A DNA stretch of 64,000 bases, from NCBI RefSeq assembly GCF_009914755.1, contig NC_060929.1; one strand, given 5' to 3'. The position numbers and the translations under genes were made by a program. The notes under the pieces are model-generated. The model did no database searches and was not told the DNA's origin. It was given only the letters and a program-made list of their open reading frames with translations. Positions 50,648 through 64,000 of this stretch are shown piece after piece; the stretch's first letter is position 1; each line of letters opens with the position of its first letter. This DNA is from the human T2T-CHM13v2.0 reference genome, Homo sapiens.

Positions 50648-50955
50648 GGCTGGGCACCGTGGCTTATGCCTGTAATCTCAACACTTTGGGAGCCCAAGGC
50701 AGGCGGATCATAAGGTCAAGAGTTAGAGACCATCCTGGCCAACATGGTGAAACCCTGTCTCTACTAAAAAATACAAAAATCAGCTGGGTGTTGTGGCACA
50801 TCCCTGTAGTCCCAGCTACTCTGGAGGCTGAGGCAGGAGAATCATTTGAACCCAGGAAGTGAAGGTTTCAGTGAGCCAAGCTGAGATCACATCATTGCAC
50901 TCCAGCCTGGTGACAGAATGAGACTCCACCTAGAAAAAAAAAGAAAAAAGAGAAA
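50648..50955 (+). mobile_element. AluS (Sc-like)
   Basis: aggtcaagag...gaccatcctggccaacatgg; A tail. Confidence 0.93.
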
Positions 50956-52705
50956 AGGTAACTGAATGGATTAAATATTGAAACCCAACTATATGCTGCC
51001 TAGAAGAAACTCACTTCACCCTATGAGACACATAAGCTAAAAGTGTAAAGAATGGAAAAAGATATTCCATGCAAATGAAAACCAAAAGAAAACAAGGTAG
51101 CTATATTTATATCAAGCAAAATAAACTACACATCAAAAATACTAAAAGAGACAAGGGCATTATATAATGACTACGGAGTTAACTCTTCAAAAGATTGTAA
51201 CAATAGTAAATATATGCACACACATTGGTGTATTTAAATATATAAAGCAAAAAATAACATATTTGAAAGGAAAAATTTAAAGTGATACGATAATAGTGGG
51301 GAACTTCAGTCCCCACTTTTAAAAATGGATAGATCATCCAGACAGAAAATCAATAAGAAAACATCAAATTTGAACTATACTTTAGACCAAATGAACCTAA
51401 CAGACATAAAGAACATTCCATTAAACTTCAAAAAAAATCATCCTTTTCTTAGGGCCACATGGAATATTTTCCAGTATAGATCATATATTAGGACACAAAA
51501 GAACTTTTAACAAATTTAATAAGATTGAAATTTTATCAAGTTTTTTTTTCTGACTGAGATAGTATGAAACTAGAAATCAATATCATGGGTAATCTTAAAA
51601 AAACTCACAATTATGTGGAAATTAAACAAGACAGTTCTGACCAATCAATGTGTCAAAGAAGAAATCAAAGGAGGAATCAAAAACTATCTTGAGACAAACA
51701 AAAATGAAAACAAAGTATACCAAAGCTATGGAATGTGGCAAATGCAGTTATTTGATGGAATTTTATAGCAATAAATGCCTACATTAAAAAAGTAAGTATC
51801 TCTAATAAATAATCTACCATTATACTTCAAGGAACTAGAAAAAGAACAAACTCAGACCAAAGTGGGCATATGGAAGAAAGTGATAAATACTAGAACAGAT
51901 ACAAATAAAATAGAGATAGGGAAACAATAAAAAAAAACAAAATTAAGAATTAGATTCTTTAAAAGTTAAACAAAATTGACAAACCTCTAACTAGGCTAAG
52001 AAAAAAGACAGAAGAATTAGTTAAATATAATTATAAATGAAAGAGGAGGCATTACAACTGATACTATAGAAATAAAAAGAATCATAAGAGGATACTATGA
52101 ATAATTATATGCCAATAAGTTGGATTACCTAGAAGAAATGGATAAATGCCTAGAAACACACACCTAGCAAGACTGAACAATGAATAAATAGAAAATCTGA
52201 ACCAACCTATCATAAAGAAGAAGGTTAAGTTAGTAATCAAAACACCCCAGCAAAGAAAAGCCCAGAATAAGATGACTTAACTAGGGAATTTTACCAAACA
52301 TTTATAGAAGGCTAATGCCAACCTTCTCAAACTCTTCCAAAACATTAAAGAAGAGAGGACATTTCAAACTTACCTTATTAGACCAATATTATTGTTACAG
52401 GAAAGCCAAATAAGGACACCACAAGAAAAGAAATACATGCCAAAATTGCTAGTAGCCATTGATGTAAAAATCATCAACAAAATACTCCCATACCAAATTC
52501 AATAGTGCATGAAAAGAATCATATCATAATCAAGTATGAGTTACTTGTGGGATAAGGATGGTTCAACATATGCAAATCAATAAATACACACCACATTAAC
52601 AGAATTAAGTATAGAAATCATGGTCATCTAAAAGAAGCAGAAAAAACACTAGAAAAAATTAAATGTTCATTGATGATTAAAACTCTTAGGTAGAAAAAAA
52701 AATGT

Positions 52706-52815
52706 GGCTGAGTGTGGTGGCTTATGCCTGTAATTGTAGACCTTTGGGAGGCTGAGACAGGAGGATTTCTTGAGGCCAGGAATTCAAAACAAGCCTGGGC
52801 AACATAGCAAGAACT

Positions 52816-52888
<73 letters not shown>
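52706..52888 (+). mobile_element. FLAM_C-like monomer whose tail is replaced by (GT)n(TA)n
   Basis: ggaggatttcttgaggccaggaattc...gggcaacatagcaaga, then microsatellite 52821-52888. Confidence 0.85.
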
Positions 52889-52889
<1 letters not shown>

Positions 52890-53926
52890 GCAAGCCCACA
52901 GCTAACATCATACTCAATGGTCAAAAGCTGAAAGCATTTTCTCTAAGATTAGGAATAAATTTAGATTCCCACTCTTGTCATTCCTATTAAGCATAGTACT
53001 GGAAATCTTATCTAGCCATTAGGACCTATAACAAAAAGTCTAGCACTTAGGCAAGAAACAGAAATAAAAATCATTCAGTTTAGAAAGAAAGAAAGAAAAT
53101 TATCTCTTTATGACATAACATTATATGTAGAAAACATAAAGCTTCCTCCAAAAAATATTAGAACTAGTAAACAAATTGAGGAAAGTTGCAAGATATAAAA
53201 TCAACACACAAAAATTAGTTGCATTTTTATACACTAACAACAAACTGAAAAAAAAATCAAGAAAACAGTGTAATTTAAAATAGCATCAAAAAATGTAAAA
53301 TACTTAGGCATAAATTTAACCAGGGAGGTGAAAGTTGTGTACACTGAAAACTACAAAACATCAATGAAGAAATTGAAGTAGGCACAAATTAACAAAAAGA
53401 TATTTCATGTTCATAGATCAGAAGAATTTGTATTGTTAAAATTTCTGTATGACACAAAACAGTCTCCACATTCAGTGCAATTGCTATCAGTATTCCAATG
53501 ATATTATCACCTTTCCTGATTTCAAATTATGTTACAAAGCTATAGTAATCAAAAGTGTATGGTACTAACATTAAAGAAAAAAAACCAGATAGACCAATAC
53601 ATTAGAATGGAGAGCCCAGAAATAAATAAATATGACCTATGCATATAAGGTTTTTACAAGGGTACTAAGAACATACAATGGGGAAAGAAAAATCTGTTAA
53701 ATAAATGGTAATAAGAAAACTGGATGGCCACAGGCAAAAAAAAAGAAAAAGAAAAAAAAGAAAAAAATCGAACCCTTATCTAATACCATATACAAAAATC
53801 AAATCAAATTGATTTAAATACTTAAACATTAGAACTGAAACCACAAAACTCATAGAAGTAACCATAGGAAAAATGTTCCTTGACATTGGCAATGTTTTTT
53901 TGGATGTGACTCAAAAAAGGAAACGG

Positions 53927-54072
53927 GGCCGGACGCGGTGGCTCACGCCTGTAATCCCAGCACTTTGGGAGTCCGAGGCGGGTGGATCACGAGGTCAGGA
54001 GCTCGAGACCATCCTGGCTAACACAGTGAAACCCGTCTCCAGTAAAAATACAAAAAATTCTCTGGGTGTGGT
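53927..54072 (+). mobile_element. AluY-like left arm only (3'-truncated)
   Basis: CpG-rich ggccggacgcggtggctcacgcc...gaccatcctggctaacac; stops just after the A-rich linker. Confidence 0.92.
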
Positions 54073-54372
54073 ATATGAAACATATATAAATAAAACATCC
54101 TTTTAATATAAAACATATATATAAATAAAACATTATCTTTTATATATAAAATAATGGCTATTGTTATGAAACTATATATATATACATATATATAAAATGT
54201 TGGCAAGGATGTGGGAGAAAAGGAAACCCTTGTTTACTGTTGGGAATGTAACTTGGTGCAGTAATTACAAAAAACAGTTTGAAGCTTCCTCACAAAATTA
54301 GTAGATCTACCATATAATCCAGTAATCCCATTTCTGGATATATAACCAAAGGAATTGACATTAGGATCCTGA

Positions 54373-54720
<348 letters not shown>

Positions 54721-55020
54721 CTCACTGTAGCATTATTTATAAAAGCTAGAATATGGAAACAACAGATGAATTTATCAAGAGATGAATGAATATAGAAATT
54801 GTGTTATGTATGTATATTAGAATATTATTCAGCCTCAAAAAAGAAGGAAGTCCTGCTATTTACAACACATATAGACCTGGAGGACATTAAGTGAAATAAG
54901 CTAGAAAAATACTGCGTGTTCTAAATTATATGTGGAATCAAAAGTAGTTAAATTCATGGAAACAGGCAGTAGAATAGTGGTTGCCAGGGGCTGCCAAGAA
55001 GGAAAAATGGAGAGGTGATC

Positions 55021-55320
55021 TTTTTTTTTTTTTTTTAAGGAGACTTGTTCTGTCACCCAGGCTGGAGTGCAATGTGCAATGGCACAATCTTGGCTCACTG
55101 CAATCCCTGCCTCCCCGGTTCAAGCACTTCCCGTGCCTCAGCCTCCCAAGTAGCTGGGATTACAGGCATCTGCCACCAAGCCCGGCTAATTTTTGTGTTT
55201 TTAGCAGAGACAGGGTTTTGCCATGTTGGCCAGGCTGGTCTCAAACTCCTGACCTCGGGTGATCCGCCTGCCTCGGCTTCCCAAAGTGCTGGGATTACAG
55301 ACGTGAGCCACTGCCCGGCC
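55021..55320 (-). mobile_element. AluS (Sx-like)
   Basis: Dimer; TSD agaggtgat at 55011-55019 and 55322-55330; internal gtgcaat duplication. Confidence 0.95.
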
Positions 55321-55786
55321 AAGAGGTGATGTTTTAAGGGTACTAATTTTCAGTTATACAAGATAAATAAGTTCTGGAGATACATCATACTACCTACAGC
55401 TAATAATACTATATCATATATTTAAAATTGCTAAGTGGGTATGTGGGTATGTTAACTCTTACCCAAACAAACAAAATAAACAAAACAAAAATAACTATAA
55501 AAGGAGTAGGAGGAGGTAAAGGAAATTTTTAAGTTGTTATTAGTGGTGATAGGGATGGGTATATACTTATCCCCAAACTCATCAAGATGTGTGTATATTA
55601 AATGTGTACAGCTTTTTATATGTCAGTTTTATCTCAATAAAGTGGTTTCAAAAAACCAAAAATGAAACAAATTCCCAATCCCAATTCCAAACCAGTCATT
55701 CACATAGCAAATCTGTATGCTATTTATGATTTTTTAAAAATGAAACACAAATATTTCACCTAGTTTGTTTGACCTGTATTTATAAC

Positions 55787-55939
55787 AGCACTTCTCAAAT
55801 CATTGTCATCAGAACAGCAACATAAACATGAAGTGGGACCTTGGAAGAAACAGAAATTCTCTGGTCTAACACCATACCTACTGAATCAAGCCTTCCAACT
55901 TATCTTATTCTGATGCAGATTCAAGTTTGAGAACTGCTA
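55787..55939. mobile_element. MER5A
   Basis: cagcacttctcaaa...acctactgaatca...ttctgatgca...aagtttgagaactgct. Confidence 0.8.
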
Positions 55940-56039
55940 AGTGTTGAGAATAACTGATTTATACAAATGACAGAAGCAAATACTAATGAATTTTTCTAGA
56001 CAGCGTTGTTGGTTAAATTCTAACAATTATTATTCTTTA

Positions 56040-57310
56040 GATGTTAATAGACATTAAAGTTGGAGGGACTTCATGTCTGTTTAAAATGACTCATTCTACA
56101 GATGGCACACTGAGGCTCAGGGAGGGTGACCTTGCTTTGATCACACAGTGTTTCAGGGCAAAGACTGAGATCATACGATACCTGGTATTCAGTGTTTGTC
56201 ACTTAGTATGACTCTGGGTCATTTAACTTTCTGGACTCAATTGCTTCATCTATAAGTAAAGATAGTAAGAGTGTACATTTATTTCCTGTTGTGTTCTGAG
56301 GATTAAGTAATAGTGAAGCATATTACCCACGGACTTGCACACAGTAAAAGAACTCAATAAACGGTAGGAATTTATTGGTTCAAAGATATTGTCTCCCTCA
56401 TATTTGATGATTCTTTGAGTGGAATGTCTTATAAATGAGTGTGTAGTAATGATTTTACTTTTTTTCAGAATAGTTGTTACTAAATCAATGGTGTCATGTA
56501 CAACAAGTGATGAAACCTTAAAATGGGGTAAATATCCCATTATTGCCTTTGCTATGATTTCAATTCCAATGTTCAAGTCTCTTTGTGACTAGGTTTAATT
56601 CCATTGTTATGCAAGACCAAATGGCAACATCGTGGGAGATTGTTGAACAGGCCAACTCTTTGTTGCCTTAAATCCTGTACATCAGTTGTTCCCTCTGTCT
56701 GATAGGCTCTTTCCCCACATAGACATAGAGCTGGTTTCTTCAAATTATCCCACTTCTGTTTGAATGTTCACCTCCTTGTAAAAGAATTTCCCAAACAATC
56801 ATTCTATAACAGTCACAATAGGCATTCTATTTTATTTTCATTATTGAACAAACATCTTTTTGTCATGTCTAATTTTGTTGTGTTGTTTTGCCTATTATCC
56901 ACCTATTCCATTGGAACGTAAGGTCCCTAAGAGTTCAAAGCCATAAACCCAGTAAACCAAACAATAAGAACTTAATAAGTATTTCTTGAATGACAAAGGT
57001 AAGGTTAGATCAGGGGTTTTACCAGGACATTGATAAATTTGCCACATAATGAAGAAGTTAGTGTGGCTATAATTACTAGTCTCCAACAAGAGTGATTATA
57101 ACAAAAGTTTTATTGAATGATCACTCTATCAGACAATATGGTAAACATTTTATGTACATAATGTTGATTGTGAAGTTATTAATTCCATTTTATAGATGAA
57201 GAACCTGCGTAGGCTTGTGAAATAAGTTGCCCAAGTTTACAAATCAAGAAGGGACATCTTCATCTTCAATCAAGGCAACCAAACCCCTACAGAACCTATG
57301 CTCTTGTCCT
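56040..57310. mobile_element. Cluster of MIR and L2 relics
   Basis: actgaggctcag, tgactctgggtcatttaactttctggactca, ccattttatagatgaagaa, tgttccctctgtctg. Confidence 0.6.
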
Positions 57311-57394
57311 ATGCATTACAATTACTTCCAAAATGCAAACAAAAGCAGAAGTAATAATTAAGATAGGCAGTGAGAAGGGAAGAGGCCGGAAGCT

Positions 57395-57998
57395 TGTGCT
57401 GCAAAGTACTTACTCTTGAAACAGAAAGATCCTGCCAAGAATTGTAAAAAACAGTAGCCACTGACATCTGGGAACTATGTAATGCTCACAGCTAGCCTCC
57501 AAAGTTACAACAAGTGGGCCTGACAATCACAGCTAGATGATGTTTTTCTCCCGCTCACCATAAAAAAACTCATAAAACATCAAGAAGTCATTCTGAGATC
57601 ATTAGAAACTGATTCAAAAACAATATCTCAGCACATCACTTAACACTTCACATAACAGCAAGTATCTTCCACTCTCAGCCAAAATGAAGGATTGCTGCTT
57701 CTTTACCAATTAAACTTTATTATCTTACTGATCTCCCCTTCCTATAGATGGGGTATATTAAAATATTCAATTGTAGAATTGCCCCCATTTTGACAGAACA
57801 AATGTAGAGCAAACCCCTGCTTCCTTAGACACCTCTCCAAATTACCTAATCAAAACCCAAATTCTTAAACAGATTTTTCTAACCTGTCTTGCTCAGATAC
57901 CTTATGGTTCCCTATGGTGTGTTGAAGCAATAAAAAATAAAGCCACCTGTTCAAGCACAAGTCTGTTCCTGGTGATCTTTGGCTAAAGGGAATTGAAA
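57395..57998 (+). mobile_element. ERV1 solo LTR (MER67/MER31-like)
   Basis: ctgcttctttaccaatt...agagcaaacccctgcttcctt...tgttcctggtgatctttggct. Confidence 0.6.
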
Positions 57999-58769
57999 AT
58001 TGTGAGGGCTGATAGGGAAGTAGGAAGCTAAGGAAGTGTGTTGTATTTATCGGGTGATCACCTGAATCATTTGGAAGAGATGTCCTTTAAAAAAGGTTGT
58101 TCATTCTAAAAATCCCAATTTTGTTATGCTTTGTCAGATTCTTCAAAGATAGGTGTTAGAATTTTCGTTCTTGATTTAGATTTGCACTGACTGATTAATG
58201 CGTATTGAACTATCTGCTAACCGGGAAACCATTTTTAAGTCCTTTTGTAGAACCCTCCCATTGCCATATGAAATCTGTTAAAATATATCTCCATCCTACA
58301 TTAAATACATGTTTTGTTCTAAATATTTGAAAATATTTTGTTATTTTACTTTTAAAAATAATTAAGAACTGAGAAATGTGTTTTATTTATGGTTGACTGA
58401 CATTTTAAGCAATTATTTCACAAGCCTGAGAAATCTTTCACTGTTAGAAATTAATCCTGCAACAGGCTTTCAAACATAATGAAAATTTTATAAATATTAA
58501 CTATGGCAGTTAATGAGGCTAACATAATATGTTGTTGAAATATTTATTAATTTTCATCTTGTGGTTTAAATTTCAAGTTGATGATTTTGTTTGTTCTCTA
58601 GGTCTTAGATATTTTCCTAGGCCCTTGAAAAGTACTTAGGCCCAAACATATTCTCTATTGTGCCTGACAGTTGAAGTTTCCCTTTATCTAGGTCCCCTTT
58701 AGATACTTCTTATTGTTAGAACTTAGTTGAAAAATAATATTTCTGACATCTACTTATTTAGTTATTAAT

Positions 58770-59460
58770 TTATTTGTATTTAGAAAACACATTAAGTATA
58801 CAGAAAAGTTGTAAGCAAATATGGGATACACTTTTTTCCCTGAACAACTTAAGAGCAAGCTGTTAACATAATACCCTACCACCCCCATCATTTTTTAGTG
58901 TGTATTAACTACCAACAAGGATATCTTCCTATTTAACTTCAATATAACTACCAACCTCAGGAAATTAACACTAACACATTACATTACTACCACCTAATCT
59001 TTGAATCTCGTTCAAATTTTCATGCTGCCGCAATAATAACTTTACTGGCACAATATTCAGTTTAGAACCATGCACAAACTTCTGTTAGGTCTCTTTAGTT
59101 CTTCAGTCTTTCATTGACTTTTATGAATTTGACACATTTAGAGATTACAGGGCAGTTATTTTGTAGACTTTCTCTGCAATTCAGTCTACGTGATGTTCCC
59201 TCTTCAACAGAATTAGGTCTGCCTCCATAGGACAGAGTAATACTGTGTTCTTTGCATTGCAACATATTGGGTAACATGAAAATTCAGTTTGTCTTGTCCT
59301 TGATAATGTACAATTTGATTGCATCACAAAGGTACTGTGTACTGGGTTTTTCCACTATAAAAATCATGAATTATCCCTTAGTGTTTCTATTGATTTTGTG
59401 CAAAAGAACTTTCAAATTATTTAAATATTCCATTCCTTATTATGTCTATACATTCATCTA
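58770..59460 (-). mobile_element. L1MC (L1MC4-like) 3' fragment
   Basis: tacagaaaagttg...aacaaggatat..tcctat...caggaaattaacact...gggcagttattttgtaga. Confidence 0.7.
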
Positions 59461-60852
59461 TCTAAACTACTAATTAATACTTATACCTCCAATTTCAAAT
59501 AAATACCACCAAATCTCTTTTACTTTTCCCTTTACCATCTGTAATTCTGTCCTCCATCAATGAGAAGCCCAGCTCCCATTATCCCTAATGTGTATATTGA
59601 TTTAGTCAACCACCCTATGTATGACTAATCACCAACCATTACCACTGCCTCTGACTGGCTGGATGGCCTCCTTACTCCAGTCAGACTCTAAACCCCAAGC
59701 TGTGTAAAACTTCTATACAGATAGACTCTTTCCCCTGGTCAGTTCCAACACCCTCCTCTGCTCCAACGAATGGCTTTAAGACTAACTCTGTCTTAATAAT
59801 AATCCTAGGAATGAAAGAGAGGAAAGAGGATTGAAGAGAGGAAGGGAAGGAAAGAAGAAAGGCATGAAGAAGGGCTATCTGGCATGTTTGCATGTTTGCA
59901 TTGCCATCAGTAGGAAGCTTTCTTTCCCTTCTGGAAATTTGTTACTCATCCTCCTTTCCACATCCCTTCCCCAAAATTAAATCGAAGACTAGCCTTACAC
60001 ACTCCACACTCCCTCATGAGAGGGCTATGAAATTAAGTGTGCATATCAAATAATTACAACCATATATGTATCTACATAATAATGGTTCTATGTTATTATA
60101 ATTCATATCTCCATATACACCAGGGGAGGGTCTTAATTATAGAGTTACAACTCACTGACATATCATATTCAGTTTTAATGTGTGCCAGAGATAATTTTCT
60201 GCTTCTTATAAAGTAACAAGTTTGGGAATAATGTAATTAGAGTGGATTCAAAATGGTTTTCATAAGAAAGTCACTTTCTGATATCCTTTCTTGAGTGGGA
60301 GAGGGTGGGAAGGTTTATAGCTTGAGCAATGCAAATTGTCATTACATTTTTATTACCTTCACAGCAACCTGTTATCCCTATATCGTAGGAGTTTGTCATC
60401 TATCTTGTTTCTTGTGGCGAGTTAAATAGGTTGAGGCCTTGAAAAGGATTCATAGAATATCAATGGTATATTTAATCTTTGAGCTTAATTTAATTCATTG
60501 ATTATTTTAAATACAGATAAAATACCATATTGCATTTCTTATGATTGTTGCATTAAGTAATGTCTGTAAATGCTTACCAAGTACATAATAAGTGTTCACT
60601 AAATTGAAGTGATTTTCATTGTTAGCATAATTCTTTCACTACTAAGGGTAGTGGTGGAAATAATGGAACTTAGATCACTTGAATTTTACTTATATTCCTC
60701 TTATCAGATCATTGTCTCCCTGGTTTTCTATATTTTGTATTTCATGTCTTTCTTGCAATACAAAGTAGAAAATCTTGTATATAACATATAAGCTATAGAA
60801 AAAGATAATATATTTATCTTTTAAAAAAAGGCATTCAATCTTATAGCCCTTT

Positions 60853-61652
60853 TGTTGGGAGAAATGTCTTGTGTCTCTTGGATTTTTGCAGATTTTGTGA
60901 AGAAACATTGACAGCTTCTGTTCCAGACTACACTTTGAAAGCTGTTTGGATAGCAAACAGCCTTGGTAAATACAGAAAGCATATTCTTGTATGACAGAGA
61001 GAAGATTTATTTTTAGGCCTGGATTAAAAAAATGATGTCTGCCGGGTGTCATGGCTCACGCCTGTAATCCCAGCACTTTGGGAGGCTGAAGCAGGTGGAT
61101 CACTTGAGATCTGGAGTTTGAGGCCAGCCTGGCCCACATGGTGAAACCCCATCTCTACTAAAATACAAAAATTAGCCGGGCATGATGGCGGGCGCTTGTA
61201 TTTCCAGGTATTCAAGAGGCTGAGGCAGGAGAATCGTTTGAAACCCGGAGACGGAGGTTGCAGTGAGCCAAGATGGCGCCACTGCACTCCAGCCTGGGCA
61301 ACAGAGCAAGACTCCCCCTCAAAAAGAAAAAAAAAAAAAAAAAAAAAGATGTCTTTCTTTAGGGTAAAAGTTGGAAAGGTTTTGCAGTAGCTCTCTTATA
61401 AGATTGAGGCTCTCTAAAATTGAGATTCCTCAGCAGTCCTCCCTTGCATCACACTCATGGGACCAGGGAGGCAGAGGCAAAGGGAACTGATGGAAATATG
61501 AAGCCCACACTGCCTGCTGTGCCATGAGTAATAATAGTCTTTTGTCTCTCACCCAGGAGTATTGTGTCTTCTGCCAGCCTCCATAAAAGTGTGGGAGGCT
61601 AACTTGTAAGTCTGCAAGTAGTGTAATCTTATATCCTTCACAATTATTCACA
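60853..61652 (+). mobile_element. MER90-like ERV1 solo LTR split by an Alu
   Basis: tgttgggaga...tgttccagacta...atagcaaacagccttgg; end ctttgtctctcacccaggagt...aggctaacttgt. Confidence 0.7.
61041..61347 (+). mobile_element. AluS (Sx-like)
   Basis: Dimer, poly(A), TSD aaaa(t/a)gatgtct. Confidence 0.95.
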
Positions 61653-62589
61653 CTTTTGTATACCATTTTTGGTTCTTCATCTTATTCTCAATCCTCTCAC
61701 AGTAAATTCACGAAGTTTCTCATATAATATCATGGAAAAATATCTTCAGTGGCTTTGCAAATTCTTTGTTATTTTAATTTCTCAAAAATCCATTTAATAA
61801 AAACCCAACAATCCAGCTGATAGGATATTTGAGGAATCTGCTTTAATACAACAGAAAAATACCTAAATAATTTCATAAAGAGAGAAACTCCTATTGAGCT
61901 AGGATTCCTACAACTTGTCTGCATTTCTGGCAGCTTTTTCTTTCTTATAAACTCACAATGTGGGGATGATCATCTGTCCATTCCAGATGCCCCAAGTGCC
62001 TTCTTTACAGGAATTACTTTTATTAAACAGTCAAGTGTCTAGGAGACCCACATTTTCAATGATGAGCTCTACAGAGCCTAAGAACAAACAATTTTTAGAA
62101 TTCTCAGGTTCATCTTGTCTGCAATTAAGAGCTGGGGTGAAGCTTTCAGGAGAAAATTTTCACCTTCTAACAGGAGCAGAGAATTTATAGCCCACTATTT
62201 CTATTATTTCTATTAAGTGAAAAAAACTAGAGCACCATGAATTTAAAGCTGTTTTAATAAAATATTATAGCCTGACATAGGTTCTCAAATCATTGACGCA
62301 CTTCATCCACCCAGGACCTTCAACAGACAAATTTCCAGCTTTTATAAATCCCTAATAACGTAACTATTCAGCGCCTCTCAGGATACAAATGAAAAATGTA
62401 GCTGCACAATAGATTTTACAAGGGCATGCTCACTAGCAAAGTGGAATTTGATTACATTAATGCAGACATAAGATAGCAATAGGTCTTGATAGGTCACATG
62501 TTTTATATGTCCATGAAAGGAGTCCCACATCCTTGGCAAGAGGGAGTTCTTTTCAAAATTATTTGCTGCCCTTGGTTGGGTGATGGCTA

Positions 62590-62765
62590 ACATTCATTTA
62601 GTGATTCAACAAATTTATACTGAACTCATTCTGCATGGCCAGCACTAAGCCCTGAGGGCTACAGTGGTGTACAAGACAGATTCATATTCTGCTCTCTGAG
62701 TTCACAGCCGGGTAAACTACCAATTACCAGTTATAAAATAGTGGCTTTGATAAGTGCTATGCATG
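62590..62765 (-). mobile_element. L2 3' tail
   Basis: cattcattt..tgattcaacaaattt...ccagcactaagc.ctgagggctacagtggtg.acaagacaga. Confidence 0.65.
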
Positions 62766-63019
62766 ACAACGATGTGTGATAAGTATGAAGAGATGCTTTC
62801 TGTCAGGTTGTGAAGAGCTCCTGTTTGAGGTCAGTTGTTGTGGGCTTTGTTCTTTGAGAGGTTGCAGTCAACATGATTCTTTAAGACCAGAACCCTGCAC
62901 ACTTCTTGGGCTGTATTTCTTACATTCCTTTTCTATTTTAACCATATCCCATCTTACCTACTTCCAGCATAGTGGTCATATTTAATTTTTACAAAACCAT
63001 TTTGCCACTTGCTGCCAAC

Positions 63020-63461
63020 TATGTTCTTTATAAAGCAGACTTTGAGATGGAGGCTAGTGTTCAGAGGGGATGCTTAGGAGAACTTTGGAGATTAATACTT
63101 ATGGCAGGTAAGGGAAGGAAGCAGGATTAGACAGAAATATTGAACTGTGATACAAAGTCAGCAAAGACTTTAGTCAATCACATGGGAGCTCTGAAGCTGA
63201 GGTAGTCCTTCAGCATTGCCTTGAGTTGGAGAGAAACTGTTAGCTCTCTGTACTTCCAAGTTGACCAGTCTTTGGATGCAGACTTCTCTAGGCAATCAAT
63301 ATGACCTTGAACACAGTTGTTCTCTTGAGTCAAGGCACTTCTCAAAGACAGCTGTCAGCTAAGGTCTGTCTGCTGGCAGCACTTCCAGCAACTAGGGGAA
63401 ATAAATATTTTCCTTCATCTTCAAAGAACAAAGTGGGTGATTCATTGTGGCATCCACTACA
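63020..63461 (-). mobile_element. LTR16C-like ERVL LTR
   Basis: aagcagactttgagatgga...gaagcaggatt...catgggagctctgaagctg...gcatccactaca. Confidence 0.65.
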
Positions 63462-63520
63462 GTGGTTATCTCTCTTGTGTACAGAGCTTCATATATCCTG
63501 TCTCCACTGTCTGAAACAGC

Positions 63521-63809
<289 letters not shown>

Positions 63810-64000
63810 TGAAACAACTTTATACCATGTTTCTCTTAATATCCTTTACACAACATTTGAGTCTTAGAATAAATGTCTTCCTCTTGTAAATTTCTCTTGA
63901 TAGACTCTTCTTAGAATTTTGTTCTTTTCTTTCTGCAGCACCAAATGTATAAGGGGATACAGAGAGTAAAAGGACAACTAAAATATACATTTTGTGCTAC

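Overview
This is primate (human-like) AT-rich non-coding DNA. Most of it is interspersed repeats: L1PA/L1PB/L1MA/L1MB/L1MC LINEs, 17 Alu/FLAM/FAM SINEs, a two-LTR THE1 element with a HERV-K LTR5A inserted in one LTR, MST/MLT/LTR16/MER90-type LTRs, MER3/MER5/Tigger DNA transposons, and many MIR and L2 relics. I can support no protein-coding exon, RNA gene, CpG island or CRISPR array. The supplied ORFs are short, and the recognisable ones are translations of decayed L1, Alu or LTR sequence. I found no evidence of a new gene system. The most interesting features are (i) nested insertions whose order can be read from target-site duplications (TSDs), (ii) a recurring set of junctions filled with locally templated direct and fold-back copies, which look like end-joining or template-switch scars, and (iii) a few non-repeat islands with transcription-factor motif clusters that may be enhancers. 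Subfamily names come from my memory of consensus sequences and need RepeatMasker/Dfam confirmation. Boundaries of old repeats are approximate.
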